Virus record (IMG/VR): IMGVR_UViG_3300027708_000016
DNA: 64,000 nucleotides
Source of the DNA: a virus
Lineage: Duplodnaviria; Caudoviricetes
Strand: one strand, 5' to 3'
Below, piece by piece: positions 28,495 through 38,170 of the stretch (its first letter is position 1; each line of letters begins with the position of its first letter). The translations under genes were made by a program, and so were the position numbers. The notes below the pieces were generated by a model. It was given only the letters and a program-made list of their open reading frames with translations. It did not search any database and was not told the DNA's origin.

Positions 28495-29004
28495 TTACTC
28501 CTGTGAGATATATTTGTCAATAGGTAGTTTTAACTTTTTTTTATGTTTGGTTAAAAATTCTTCATCTTCACCAGATGGAATAATACAAGGATAACCATCA
28601 AAAATACCTTTAATACACTGAAATAAAGGCTTTTCACTCTGTATTTCAACAAAATTTGGTAATTTTGACTTTAAAACTTTTTTTGCAACCTTAATAAACC
28701 TATTTGGGTCATCAAAATACTCATTCCACACGTTTAAATTGATTTTTTCTCTATAAAAGCATAAAATTTTGCAATTTGACTTGTTCAATTTATCATTAAT
28801 GATAATTAACGCATCTGTAATCCACAATTGTATATATTCCTTTATCCTTATATTCTTTTCAGATATTTTACCATTCTTTAATAATTGCCACTCGTAGCAA
28901 TAATCAACATAATCTGCTGCAAGTTCTTCGATGTAATCAAATACGTCAAATATAAGGATATTATCCTTTAAATGGTAAAAAAAATAATCTTTAGAGTACC
29001 TCAT
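28495..29004 (-). CDS. Hypothetical protein
   Basis: Intact 169-aa ORF overlapping the upstream gene. Confidence 0.6.
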   Translation of the reverse strand: MRYSKDYFFYHLKDNILIFDVFDYIEELAADYVDYCYEWQLLKNGKISEKNIRIKEYIQLWITDALIIINDKLNKSNCKILCFYREKINLNVWNEYFDDPNRFIKVAKKVLKSKLPNFVEIQSEKPLFQCIKGIFDGYPCIIPSGEDEEFLTKHKKKLKLPIDKYISQE

Positions 29005-29536
29005 CCTTATTAGATATTATAACATCTAATAGGATTTGTTCAACTATTTCTTGTGGTAAACCAGTGTTTGCATGTTTAACACTTTCGTTAATTTGTGAGA
29101 ACTGGTGTTTTAATCTATCTTTCAACTCAAATGCAAAAATGGTTTGCTCCTTGGTAAGCTTTTCGTAGGTTGGTGTTTGCTGAAGCCTAAGTGCCTCTAG
29201 TAATGGTTCACCAGCATTTGCAACAATACCAGCAAGTCTTTTGTAAAAACGATTAAGAGGAGAGTTTGCAGCGAAATTAGCTACCTTTGAGATATTTTCA
29301 TACAAATAACTTAAAACTAAAGATTTCTCCACTTGTTCTTTAACCGATGCAAGAAATTCAGGACCTCTCACATGAACTTTACCATAAGGATTGAATGGAC
29401 ATCCTGTACCAACTACCTTTGAACCACAAAAAATACATTTATTTGGTGCACCAAAATGAACATGTGTCTTTGTTGGACTGTAAAGACAAGGTCTTCCGTA
29501 ATATTTTGAGTTACAATATATGCAATGAGAGTCCAT
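28991..29536 (-). CDS. Hypothetical protein with duplicated Cys/His metal-binding motif
   Basis: CIYC...C...HVH and CIFC...C...HVR; TAAATA at 29544-29549. Confidence 0.6.
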   Translation of the reverse strand: MDSHCIYCNSKYYGRPCLYSPTKTHVHFGAPNKCIFCGSKVVGTGCPFNPYGKVHVRGPEFLASVKEQVEKSLVLSYLYENISKVANFAANSPLNRFYKRLAGIVANAGEPLLEALRLQQTPTYEKLTKEQTIFAFELKDRLKHQFSQINESVKHANTGLPQEIVEQILLDVIISNKDEVL

Positions 29537-29546
29537 GTTCTATTAT

Positions 29547-29978
29547 TTAGTCTAAAATACCAAATTTTTCTAGTTCTTGTTTGGGTGCTTTACCTATTCT
29601 TAGGTTTAAAATGCCATTATAATAGTCTTTTCTGAATAAAACATCTTTTTCCATTTGTTCTTTTGCTTCAAAATAAGCCAAAGCCCATTTGGAATCGCAA
29701 GTTTTTAATATTTTAAATATAAATTTATCCTTACCATGAATTTTAATATCTTGCATTAAATCATTTGAAGAACTTGTATATGTTTTCCAATCGGATTCTT
29801 TCGAGTCAATCCTGTTTCTGGTTTTTCCTTTTAGAGGTTTTCTTTTAACCCTAGATTTACATTGTTTTTTACCAATATACTTCTTATTACTAACAGTATT
29901 TGTAATTTCATATATAAACCCAAAAGTATCTTCTGTTATTTCAACAGATTCATTTAAAATCCAGTGACCAGTATCCAT
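29547..29978 (-). CDS. GIY-YIG family endonuclease (Seg-like, stand-alone)
   Basis: GFIYEITNTVSNKKYIGKK, YYNGIL. Confidence 0.85.
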   Translation of the reverse strand: MDTGHWILNESVEITEDTFGFIYEITNTVSNKKYIGKKQCKSRVKRKPLKGKTRNRIDSKESDWKTYTSSSNDLMQDIKIHGKDKFIFKILKTCDSKWALAYFEAKEQMEKDVLFRKDYYNGILNLRIGKAPKQELEKFGILD

Positions 29979-30220
29979 TATTTCTTTTTACGTTTAACAC
30001 GCTTGCGTGTTTTTTTACTCTTGGAATTCATCAACGGGGGGAAATTTCTTCTAATAACTCCACCAACAGGTGCTGGTAAACGCACATCATTACCAGCATT
30101 CCAAACATTAACTCCACTAAATTGACTTGAAGTGCCAGAAGAAGCTCCTAATGTTCCACCTGCCGTACTGTTAGAATTTTCTGATATTAATTTATTAAAT
30201 AATTGTTGAAAACGTTTCAT
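29978..30220 (-). CDS. Small basic protein, possibly head-internal
   Basis: MKRFQQLFNKLISE..., Gly/Ser-rich, Lys/Arg-rich tail. Confidence 0.55.
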   Translation of the reverse strand: MKRFQQLFNKLISENSNSTAGGTLGASSGTSSQFSGVNVWNAGNDVRLPAPVGGVIRRNFPPLMNSKSKKTRKRVKRKKK

Positions 30221-30245
30221 AATGTGTTATAGTGTTAATATACTT

Positions 30246-30644
30246 ATGGAGATATTTGATAAATTTCAGGAAGAAATTAAAGAAGATGTTAAAATCGATC
30301 AATTAAATTTGTTAGATAAGCAAATGATGCTTCCTGCAATTAAACATAAATGGGTTGCAAGACTCATGATGCAAAAAAAAACAAAAAATTCTTTAGATAA
30401 AAAGAAAAAAGAATTAAAAGAAGAAGTACTTAAAACATTAACCGAAAAAGGCATCCCAACAGGTATACCTAAAGTAGCACTCGATGCAAAAGTAGAATCT
30501 TCTGATGTTATTCAAAAAATAAATCAAGAAATTCAAGACGCACAAATTTTAATAGAATATTTAGAAAAAGTTGAAGGTGTATTTCGTAGCATGACTTTTG
30601 ATATTAAAAATATCACAGAAATTACCAAGTTAGAAACCACATGA
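30246..30644 (+). CDS. uvsY: Recombination mediator UvsY-like
   Basis: DVKIDQLNL...PAIKHKW...FDIKNITE; lies directly upstream of UvsW. Promoter TTGAAA-N16-TATAGT at 30206-30233. Confidence 0.75.
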   Translation: MEIFDKFQEEIKEDVKIDQLNLLDKQMMLPAIKHKWVARLMMQKKTKNSLDKKKKELKEEVLKTLTEKGIPTGIPKVALDAKVESSDVIQKINQEIQDAQILIEYLEKVEGVFRSMTFDIKNITEITKLETT

Positions 30645-32068
30645 TTGAATTAACCTTAACCCCTAGCGGTAAACAAGCTCAGATTAACACTGATGCGTCT
30701 ACGCTTGCGCTGATAAGGGATAAGTTTTCTATTGCAAATCCCGCACACCGAAGGAACGCACGGTTTGTACCAGCAAGACTATACTGTATTACCCCATCTG
30801 GTAAATTCGAAATAGGAATGTTAAAAGACATATGTTCTTATTTGGAAAGTTGCCAAAAATCCTTTAATATAACTGATATTCTTAAAAAGAAATTTTCTGT
30901 TGGGTTTCAAAATCCAATTATTAAAAAATATTGCATGGTTTACAGGGATCACCAAGATAAATCAATCAACATGGCAATTAAAAAAGGAAGAGGTATCATT
31001 TGTATTCCTACTGCTGGTGGAAAAACTCTTATTATGGCTGGTATAATAGAAAGCATGAGACTTTCTATGTATAAGCCAAATGCAAAAGCTCTTGTTTTGG
31101 TTCCAAATATTCAACTAGTTGAGCAGACTGCAAAGGATTTTGAAGAATATGGCATGGAAAAAGTTACCAAATGGTCAGGTGATAACATCCCAGATCAAAA
31201 TGCAACAACTATTGTTACTGGTACTCAAATACTTTTAAGTAACAAAAGTGATTTATCACTTTTAAATGATATTGATTTACTTTTAGTTGATGAAACTCAT
31301 GGGTTAAGAAAGGGAAACGAGATTAATAAGGTTCTGCAACTTATAAACACTGATTATAAATTTGGGTTTACTGGAACAATGCCCACATCACTTATCGATC
31401 AATGGAATATTATTGGAAAGATAGGACCCATCATCTACGAGGAAAAAACTCAAGACTTACAAGACAAAAATTATGTTTCAGATTTTAAGATATTTATATT
31501 AAATATCATTCATAAAAATATTCCAAGATTTAATCATAATCCAGCTAGACCAAGTGAAGCTTTTGAAAAAGAACTTGAATTTTTGACAAATAACTCAAGA
31601 AGAAACGAAATTATCACAAATCTTGCGTTAAAAGTCAAAAATAATACAATTATAATGGCTGACAGGATTCAACATGGAGAAACTCTTGAGCAATTATTAA
31701 AAAACAAAAGTGAAGAATTTAACAAGATTGTTTATTTCATAAGGGGATCAACCGAAATGGAAGACAGGGAAGCAATAAGAAAACTTATGGACGGTAGAGA
31801 TGACGTAGTTGTTGTTGCAATATCGAAAATCTTCAGTACAGGTATAAATATACCCAATCTTCATAATATTATTTTTGCATCTGCTGGTAAGGCAAAAATA
31901 AAGATCATGCAATCCATTGGTCGTGCGTTAAGATTACATCCAACAAAATCAATGGCTAATATTTTTGATATTTCTGATAATACAAAGTATGGCAAAAGAC
32001 ATTTAACCGAAAGAGAAACTTTATACATTAACGAAAAATACAATTATGACAAAACCGACATACATTAA
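30641..32068 (+). CDS. uvsW: SF2 DNA helicase UvsW
   Basis: PTAGGKT, LVDETH, FGFTGT, STGINIPNLHNIIFAS, QSIGRALR. Confidence 0.93.
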   Translation: MIELTLTPSGKQAQINTDASTLALIRDKFSIANPAHRRNARFVPARLYCITPSGKFEIGMLKDICSYLESCQKSFNITDILKKKFSVGFQNPIIKKYCMVYRDHQDKSINMAIKKGRGIICIPTAGGKTLIMAGIIESMRLSMYKPNAKALVLVPNIQLVEQTAKDFEEYGMEKVTKWSGDNIPDQNATTIVTGTQILLSNKSDLSLLNDIDLLLVDETHGLRKGNEINKVLQLINTDYKFGFTGTMPTSLIDQWNIIGKIGPIIYEEKTQDLQDKNYVSDFKIFILNIIHKNIPRFNHNPARPSEAFEKELEFLTNNSRRNEIITNLALKVKNNTIIMADRIQHGETLEQLLKNKSEEFNKIVYFIRGSTEMEDREAIRKLMDGRDDVVVVAISKIFSTGINIPNLHNIIFASAGKAKIKIMQSIGRALRLHPTKSMANIFDISDNTKYGKRHLTERETLYINEKYNYDKTDIH

Positions 32069-32705
32069 AAGAAAAAAACGAGTAAAAAAAGAAGACACAT
32101 TTGATGATTTAATTTATCATGATATTATTGATGATAGTCATGATTTAAGAGATGATCATGAAGAAGAAATGTTAATAAATGATGAAGATGACATTGATCT
32201 CGTTGAAGATGCTTTAGATGAAAATATTTTGGTTGAGGTAATCAAAGATACTAATGATATTCCAAAGCGAAAAACAAAAGCAGTTACGGATAAAACAAAA
32301 TATTACGTTGACCCGAAAGAATTTGATTCCGAAATAGTCAGCTATTATGATACTGGTAAAATGTCTGATAATTTAGCAAATATGATTAGTAAAATTTCTA
32401 ATAAATTAAGTTATGCCCCAAACTTTATTAATTATACTTATCGAGAAGAAATGGTTGGTGATGGTGTTATCAGAATGATGAAGGCATTGATGGCAAAAAA
32501 GTACAATCGTGAGAAAGGAACAAATCCCTTTTCATATTTTACTAGAATTGCCTTTAATGCATTCAGAAATAGAATCAAAAAAGAAAAGCACATGGCTGAC
32601 ACTCACGAAAAATATCAAAATGAATTAATGATGATGTCTCAAAATTATAACGTTTTGATGAAAAATAATAATATCAGAATTAACAAAGAAAGAGAAAGAC
32701 ATTGA
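32046..32705 (+). CDS. gp55: Late-transcription sigma factor gp55 with acidic N-terminal extension
   Basis: YYVDPKEF, LSYAPNFINYTYREEMVGDG, NPFSYFTRIAFNAFRNRIKKEK. Confidence 0.93.
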   Translation: MTKPTYIKRKKRVKKEDTFDDLIYHDIIDDSHDLRDDHEEEMLINDEDDIDLVEDALDENILVEVIKDTNDIPKRKTKAVTDKTKYYVDPKEFDSEIVSYYDTGKMSDNLANMISKISNKLSYAPNFINYTYREEMVGDGVIRMMKALMAKKYNREKGTNPFSYFTRIAFNAFRNRIKKEKHMADTHEKYQNELMMMSQNYNVLMKNNNIRINKERERH

Positions 32706-32736
32706 AATATTTTAAATTGCTGATAGAATAGTCTTA

Positions 32737-33795
32737 ATGAAAATTTCTAGTAAAAAAATAGGATGTTTTTCTGATATTCACATAGGTTTAGGTCAAGATG
32801 GCAAACAATGGCACGATATTGCTTTGAAATTTGCTAAATGGGCATCCGAAAAATATAAAGAACTTGGTATTGATGAAATTATAATACCAGGCGATATATT
32901 TCACAATAGAAGCGAAATCAATGTAGCTACTTTAGCTACAGCAAAACAATTTTTTGATTATTTTAAAGATTTTACCGTTTATATTTCTAGCGGAAATCAC
33001 GATTGCTTTTACAAAAACAATAGCACGGTTAACTCTATATCAATTTTATCTGGATGGAACAATATTTTAATTATTGATAAAGAATGCGTTGTTCTTAAAA
33101 CACCTTATAAAGATATTGTTATGGTTCCTTGGGGCGTTGAATATGATCAAATACCAAAAACAGACGGTATAATATTTGGTCATTTTGAAATCAGTTCGTT
33201 TTATATGAATTCCTACAAGGTATGCGAACATGGAATGGAATCTAAACAACTTTTTAAAAAGTCTCCTATGATTATTTCTGGTCATTTCCACAAAAAGGAC
33301 GATAGAAAATATGATAAAGGTAGAATTGTTTATTTAGGTAGTCCATATCAACATAATTTTGGAGATACTGGTGATAGCAGAGGAATTTATGTATTAGATT
33401 TAGAGAAAACCGAACTACAATTTATAGAAAATAATATTTCACCTAAACATCTTAAACTTTCAACTAAAGCATTTGTGGAAAACCCCGAATCTATAAAAAG
33501 TGAATTGTTAAAGGAACAATTAAAAAACAATATTGTTAGTTTAATTATTGATACCGAAATTGATCAAGAAAAACTTGCACTTTTAACTTCAAAATTGCAA
33601 ATAATAGAACCATTATCAATTAGAACTGATTTTATTACAGATAATACAGGTATTGAAACGCTCGACAATACAAAGGAAATAGATTCTGGCAACTTAATTA
33701 AAGATATGGAGGATTTTGTAAACAACTTAACCATAGAAAACAAACAAGAGGTCATTGATTATCTGACCGAATCTTATAATTTATTATCTAAATGA
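32737..33795 (+). CDS. gp47: Recombination nuclease gp47 (Mre11/SbcD-like)
   Basis: FSDIHIG, PGDIFHNR, GNHD, FGHFEI, SGHFH, YLGSPYQ. Promoter at 32702-32729. Confidence 0.92.
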   Translation: MKISSKKIGCFSDIHIGLGQDGKQWHDIALKFAKWASEKYKELGIDEIIIPGDIFHNRSEINVATLATAKQFFDYFKDFTVYISSGNHDCFYKNNSTVNSISILSGWNNILIIDKECVVLKTPYKDIVMVPWGVEYDQIPKTDGIIFGHFEISSFYMNSYKVCEHGMESKQLFKKSPMIISGHFHKKDDRKYDKGRIVYLGSPYQHNFGDTGDSRGIYVLDLEKTELQFIENNISPKHLKLSTKAFVENPESIKSELLKEQLKNNIVSLIIDTEIDQEKLALLTSKLQIIEPLSIRTDFITDNTGIETLDNTKEIDSGNLIKDMEDFVNNLTIENKQEVIDYLTESYNLLSK

Positions 33796-34565
33796 ACAAT
33801 TTAATAGGAATAGGCATTCTTGACCTTTATACACAAGAAGATTTACAAAATTGTTGGGATTCCATTCCTGACAAGTATAAAAATCATGATGATTTATTGA
33901 CTCGTGTTTTTGTGGTAAGCAACAATGATAATAAACCAATAACTGATGCCCAGACAAAAAAATACTCAACTGCTGTTCAAATGGCAACAATGAGAAATTA
34001 TCTTGTTTCTCAAATGAGACTAAAGGGATGCAAATATTATTTTCTTTTACACTCTAATGTGATTATTAAAGATCCAGAAATATTTGAAAAAACACTTAAA
34101 TTAGCAGATACTTTCGGTACATGGGTAATCATGGGTCCTTCCACAATAGATCAAACAATTGAAGACGATAATGGGTTAAATTTAAACCTTTCAAAGAATT
34201 TAAATTCTGAATTTATGTTTTTATTTTCAGGAATTGTAAAAAACAATGGTTATTTTGATGAAAAGTTTTTTAATGGAAAAGATATTGATGTATTGGATTA
34301 TGTTTTAAAATTAAGAAATAAAAAAGCATACCCTGCTACAAATTATCATCCAATAATATCAGAAGGTTTAGAAATTAAAAAAACGCAAATTAATAAATTG
34401 GGATTAAAGGATATTCCTGACATAGACAGAAGCGTTCAAATAAGTTATGCAAACTTTTTTAATACGCACAAGTACATCCCAACCGAAACCGATCCCCCAC
34501 ACGTATCAGAAAAAGAACTTTTAGCATCAATGGAGGAAATTCAAAAAAATTATGCAAAACGGTAA
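33792..34565 (+). CDS. Degenerate GT-A fold glycosyltransferase-like protein
   Basis: LIGIGIL...YYFLLHSNVIIKD...NGYFDEKF is co-linear with the adjacent GT2 genes but has no clear DxD. Confidence 0.45.
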   Translation: MNNLIGIGILDLYTQEDLQNCWDSIPDKYKNHDDLLTRVFVVSNNDNKPITDAQTKKYSTAVQMATMRNYLVSQMRLKGCKYYFLLHSNVIIKDPEIFEKTLKLADTFGTWVIMGPSTIDQTIEDDNGLNLNLSKNLNSEFMFLFSGIVKNNGYFDEKFFNGKDIDVLDYVLKLRNKKAYPATNYHPIISEGLEIKKTQINKLGLKDIPDIDRSVQISYANFFNTHKYIPTETDPPHVSEKELLASMEEIQKNYAKR

Positions 34566-35367
34566 AATAGGAGTTGGATTAATAACATGCGATAGACCTA
34601 ATTTCTTTAATAAAAGTTTTTTATCTATTAAAGATATACCAAATATAGATATAGTCGTAGTGGATGATGGCATAACACCAGTTGTTGATGAAACTTTTGA
34701 AGTTGCATCTATTAAAACAATAGGCAAAATAGGTGTTGGTAAAGCAAAAAACAAAGCTTTAAAATATCTATTAGATAATAATTGTGAACATATTTTTTTA
34801 ATGGAAGATGATATTTTTATTAAGAATGGTGAAGTTTTCCAAAAATACATCGACACTGCTCTTAACACGGGCGTTAAACATCTTAATTTTGGATTGCATG
34901 GAAACCACAATCTTGATCTTAATAAAAAACCAATCGTCAGAAAGACCATAAATTATACTGATGGTTGTAAAATAGATTTGTACCCCAATCTTCTTGGTGC
35001 ATTTAGTTATTACCATAGAGATGTTTTAGATAAATGCGGGTTAATGGACGAAGAATACTATAATGCACTTGAACATGTTGATCATACCTATCAAATTATA
35101 AAAGAAGGATACCATCCTCCGTTTAGATGGTTTGCTGATATTCATAATTCCCAAAATTACCTTGAAGATATTGTTGAAGATCACAAAGAAAGTAAAATTA
35201 GATCGGATGAGGATTTTCACAAAAAATTTATAACAGCATTAGATATTTTTATTAAGAAAAACAACTTTTCAGTAATTGGCAATTACGGACCCCAAGAAAA
35301 AAATTACACAATCCAAGAAGTAATACAAAATCTTATAACAATTCACGAAAAATATGCCAGAAAATGA
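34552..35367 (+). CDS. Glycosyltransferase, GT2-like
   Basis: IGVGLITCDR, VVVDDG, IFLMEDDI, GLMDEEY...EHVD. Confidence 0.8.
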   Translation: MQNGKIGVGLITCDRPNFFNKSFLSIKDIPNIDIVVVDDGITPVVDETFEVASIKTIGKIGVGKAKNKALKYLLDNNCEHIFLMEDDIFIKNGEVFQKYIDTALNTGVKHLNFGLHGNHNLDLNKKPIVRKTINYTDGCKIDLYPNLLGAFSYYHRDVLDKCGLMDEEYYNALEHVDHTYQIIKEGYHPPFRWFADIHNSQNYLEDIVEDHKESKIRSDEDFHKKFITALDIFIKKNNFSVIGNYGPQEKNYTIQEVIQNLITIHEKYARK

Positions 35368-36136
35368 AAAAATAGGTGTTGGTATAACCACTTATAATTC
35401 AGAAGGGTATTTTAAGACTCTTTATGATTCTCTTCCTCTTGATAAGATTGACGAATTGGTTGTAGTTAATGGTGGAGATCGTTATGAGGGAAAATATGAA
35501 TGTGATTGGATACAACATAATAAAAACAGGTATCCTTCAGTGTGTAGGAATGATTGTATAACATTTTTGTTAAATAAACAATGTCAACACATTTTTTTAA
35601 TTGAAGATGACATGATTATAAAAAGTCCAAATATTTTTAATGAATATATCAATGCATCAAAGATTACGGGATTAAATTATTTTTGTTTTGCCAGTATATC
35701 AGTGGATGCGGGTGCTGCGCACGAAAGAACACCAAAATTAAAAGTAAATTATGGAAATTTACTAGAAGTTTATTTTTATAATAATACCTGCAACGAATTT
35801 ACCTATCATCATAGAAGTTGTTTTGAAAAAACAGGGTTATATGATGGAAACATGAGAGAATTATTTGATGCAGATATGGTTTATCGTCAAACCTTAAAAC
35901 ATCCAAATATTTCTCCTTTTTGGTGGTTTAGTGACCTCGGTAACAGTGATGATTTAATAAAAAATAATCCAGATGCGCACAGTCGATTACAAACCGATAG
36001 ACCAGACGGCTCAAGAGAACAGACTATTGTTGGAACAATGCAGTATTTTAAAAATAAACATAGTTTAGCAGTTAATGAAATACCAATTAAAACGGAACTT
36101 GAGGTTGTTGATCATTTAAAAAAAATAAAACCATGA
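35354..36136 (+). CDS. Glycosyltransferase, GT2-like
   Basis: IGVGITTYN, VVVNGG, IFLIEDDM, TGLYD; paralogous to the previous gene. Confidence 0.78.
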   Translation: MPENEKIGVGITTYNSEGYFKTLYDSLPLDKIDELVVVNGGDRYEGKYECDWIQHNKNRYPSVCRNDCITFLLNKQCQHIFLIEDDMIIKSPNIFNEYINASKITGLNYFCFASISVDAGAAHERTPKLKVNYGNLLEVYFYNNTCNEFTYHHRSCFEKTGLYDGNMRELFDADMVYRQTLKHPNISPFWWFSDLGNSDDLIKNNPDAHSRLQTDRPDGSREQTIVGTMQYFKNKHSLAVNEIPIKTELEVVDHLKKIKP

Positions 36137-36915
36137 AACTTGCTATAGGAATTAATATATTTGGATGTTATAAAAGACAAGATCATTGTATTGAAGTTTT
36201 AAACAAACTTGTATCCAAATATACAAATGACATAGAATTATATAATATAACATTTGAAAATGAAAAAAATTATTTATTGGGGTTTAAGCACTTACCATTA
36301 TTAAAACGAACCGCCAAAGATGTTGCGTTATATTCAATATCAAATAAACCAATAGCAAAAGATTTTTTTGATATTCTTTCTGAGCAAGATTGTGATTACT
36401 TTCTCTTTGTTAACAGTGACATAATGGTTACTGAAAAATTAATAAAGTTAATTTTAAAAGGCGAATATGAAACGTATTGCGTCTCTAGGCATGATGTTTA
36501 TGAAATAAACGATTTATCAGTTGATAAAATTATGCCTTTTAGAATTGAAATAGCTGGATTTGATGCATGGGCAGTTAAAAAAGATTGGTGGATTAAAAAT
36601 AGAGATTTATTTGACGATTATATTTACGCAGAAGCATTATGGGACGTTTTCTTTTCGGTTCAAATGTACAATAATAGTAATTGCATACTTTGTAATAAAG
36701 ATGTTTACTTGGCTCATGAAAAACATGAATTAAAATGGAATGAATTTTCAGCAGAGCATACACATAATGAAAAATTATGGAAAAGTACACCTTATCACGA
36801 AAGGTGGCATAAATTCATATACGATTATTTAACACAAAGACCAACATGGGGTCATTTTTTATACCCATTACCAGATGAGCTTGAAAAAGAAAAAGAATAT
36901 TTAAAAATTAAATGA
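36133..36915 (+). CDS. GT-A fold glycosyltransferase-like protein
   Basis: FLFVNSDI, GFDAWAV, EALWD, LAHEKH. Confidence 0.55.
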   Translation: MKLAIGINIFGCYKRQDHCIEVLNKLVSKYTNDIELYNITFENEKNYLLGFKHLPLLKRTAKDVALYSISNKPIAKDFFDILSEQDCDYFLFVNSDIMVTEKLIKLILKGEYETYCVSRHDVYEINDLSVDKIMPFRIEIAGFDAWAVKKDWWIKNRDLFDDYIYAEALWDVFFSVQMYNNSNCILCNKDVYLAHEKHELKWNEFSAEHTHNEKLWKSTPYHERWHKFIYDYLTQRPTWGHFLYPLPDELEKEKEYLKIK

Positions 36916-37580
36916 AATATATAAATAAATTTTACGAAAAGATATACATTATTCATTGGAAACCTTTAAAAGAAAGAAAAGAATATTTGTCTAAAAAACT
37001 TGAACAGCTTAATTTTTCACATTTAGTGGAATGGGTCGATCAATATGAAACCGAAGAAAATTTACACGGTATTAAAAATGTTTTTAAACTAAATCTAAGA
37101 CTTCTTGCTGTTAATATGTCACATATCTACTGTTACGAAGAACAAATTAAGCACCAATATAAAAACATTCTAATTTTAGAAGATGATATAGATTTTGGAG
37201 AACTAGACATCTTAACTTATTTGGATCAAGTTGCATTTGAATTTCAACAATTAGATGGAGATATTGCATTTCTAAGCACTTGTTGTGGATTAAAGGTTAA
37301 AAAATTAAAACCACCAACTTTATTATATTATGATAAAAATTACGTAACCCGTTGCATGGGTGCTTATGTTGTAAATCTAAGATGCGCTGAAAAATTAATA
37401 GCAATGTGTACAAATTACCATGCAATAGACAGAGTTTTAAATTATTCTTTGCCTCTTATAAATGTAAGAGTATTATGGTCGGGTTTACCTATTAGACAAG
37501 GCAGTGAAACAGGCAAGTATAAAAGCAGCTTTCCACTAGAAATAAGAGATGCTAACGGTAATTACAAAAATATATCATGA
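36912..37580 (+). CDS. Glycosyltransferase, GT25-like
   Basis: KIYIIHW...ERKEYL, SHIYCY, ILILEDDI, AYVVN, AIDRVL. Confidence 0.75.
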   Translation: MKYINKFYEKIYIIHWKPLKERKEYLSKKLEQLNFSHLVEWVDQYETEENLHGIKNVFKLNLRLLAVNMSHIYCYEEQIKHQYKNILILEDDIDFGELDILTYLDQVAFEFQQLDGDIAFLSTCCGLKVKKLKPPTLLYYDKNYVTRCMGAYVVNLRCAEKLIAMCTNYHAIDRVLNYSLPLINVRVLWSGLPIRQGSETGKYKSSFPLEIRDANGNYKNIS

Positions 37581-38170
37581 AACTAGAATTAATTAAAAAA
37601 TATTTTAACCCGCAAACCATATTAGATATAGGTGCACATCATGGCGAATTTAATCATCATTGTAGAGCTTATTTTCCTAATAGTTACATATTTTCAATTG
37701 AAGGTAATGAATTATGCGAAGAAATTTTAAAAAATAATAATTGTTTATATCTTATAGCACTTTTAGGTAAAGAAAAACAAAAAACCATTTTTTATAAAAC
37801 AAAACTTGATTTACATTGCACAGGTAATTCTCTTTATAAAGAGTTGACAACTCATTATAATGATATTAATTTAATAAAAGAAGAAAAAGAACTTCAAACT
37901 TTAGATGAAATTTTTTCAGCTAATGAAACTTTTGATTTGATTAAAATAGATACACAAGGTTCCGAGTTAGATATTTTAGAAGGAGGCAAAAAAATAGTTC
38001 AAAACGCAAAAGGCATTTTATTGGAAGTTTCCATAAAACCTTATAACGAAGGCGCACCGTTATATAATGATGTAATAAATTATATGAATAGCATAGGATT
38101 TGAAAATAAAGAATTTTTAGATGGTTCAATGGAATCAATTCAAGCAGATATTCTTTTTATAAAAAAATGA
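37577..38170 (+). CDS. FkbM family methyltransferase
   Basis: ILDIGAHHGEF, SIEGN, TLDEIF, LIKIDTQGSELDILEGG. Confidence 0.9.
   Translation: MKLELIKKYFNPQTILDIGAHHGEFNHHCRAYFPNSYIFSIEGNELCEEILKNNNCLYLIALLGKEKQKTIFYKTKLDLHCTGNSLYKELTTHYNDINLIKEEKELQTLDEIFSANETFDLIKIDTQGSELDILEGGKKIVQNAKGILLEVSIKPYNEGAPLYNDVINYMNSIGFENKEFLDGSMESIQADILFIKK

Noticed and set aside
29547-29978. Mobile homing-endonuclease element
   Set aside because: Short nuclease-only GIY-YIG protein without a DNA-binding extension or host intron; kept as an ordinary CDS.
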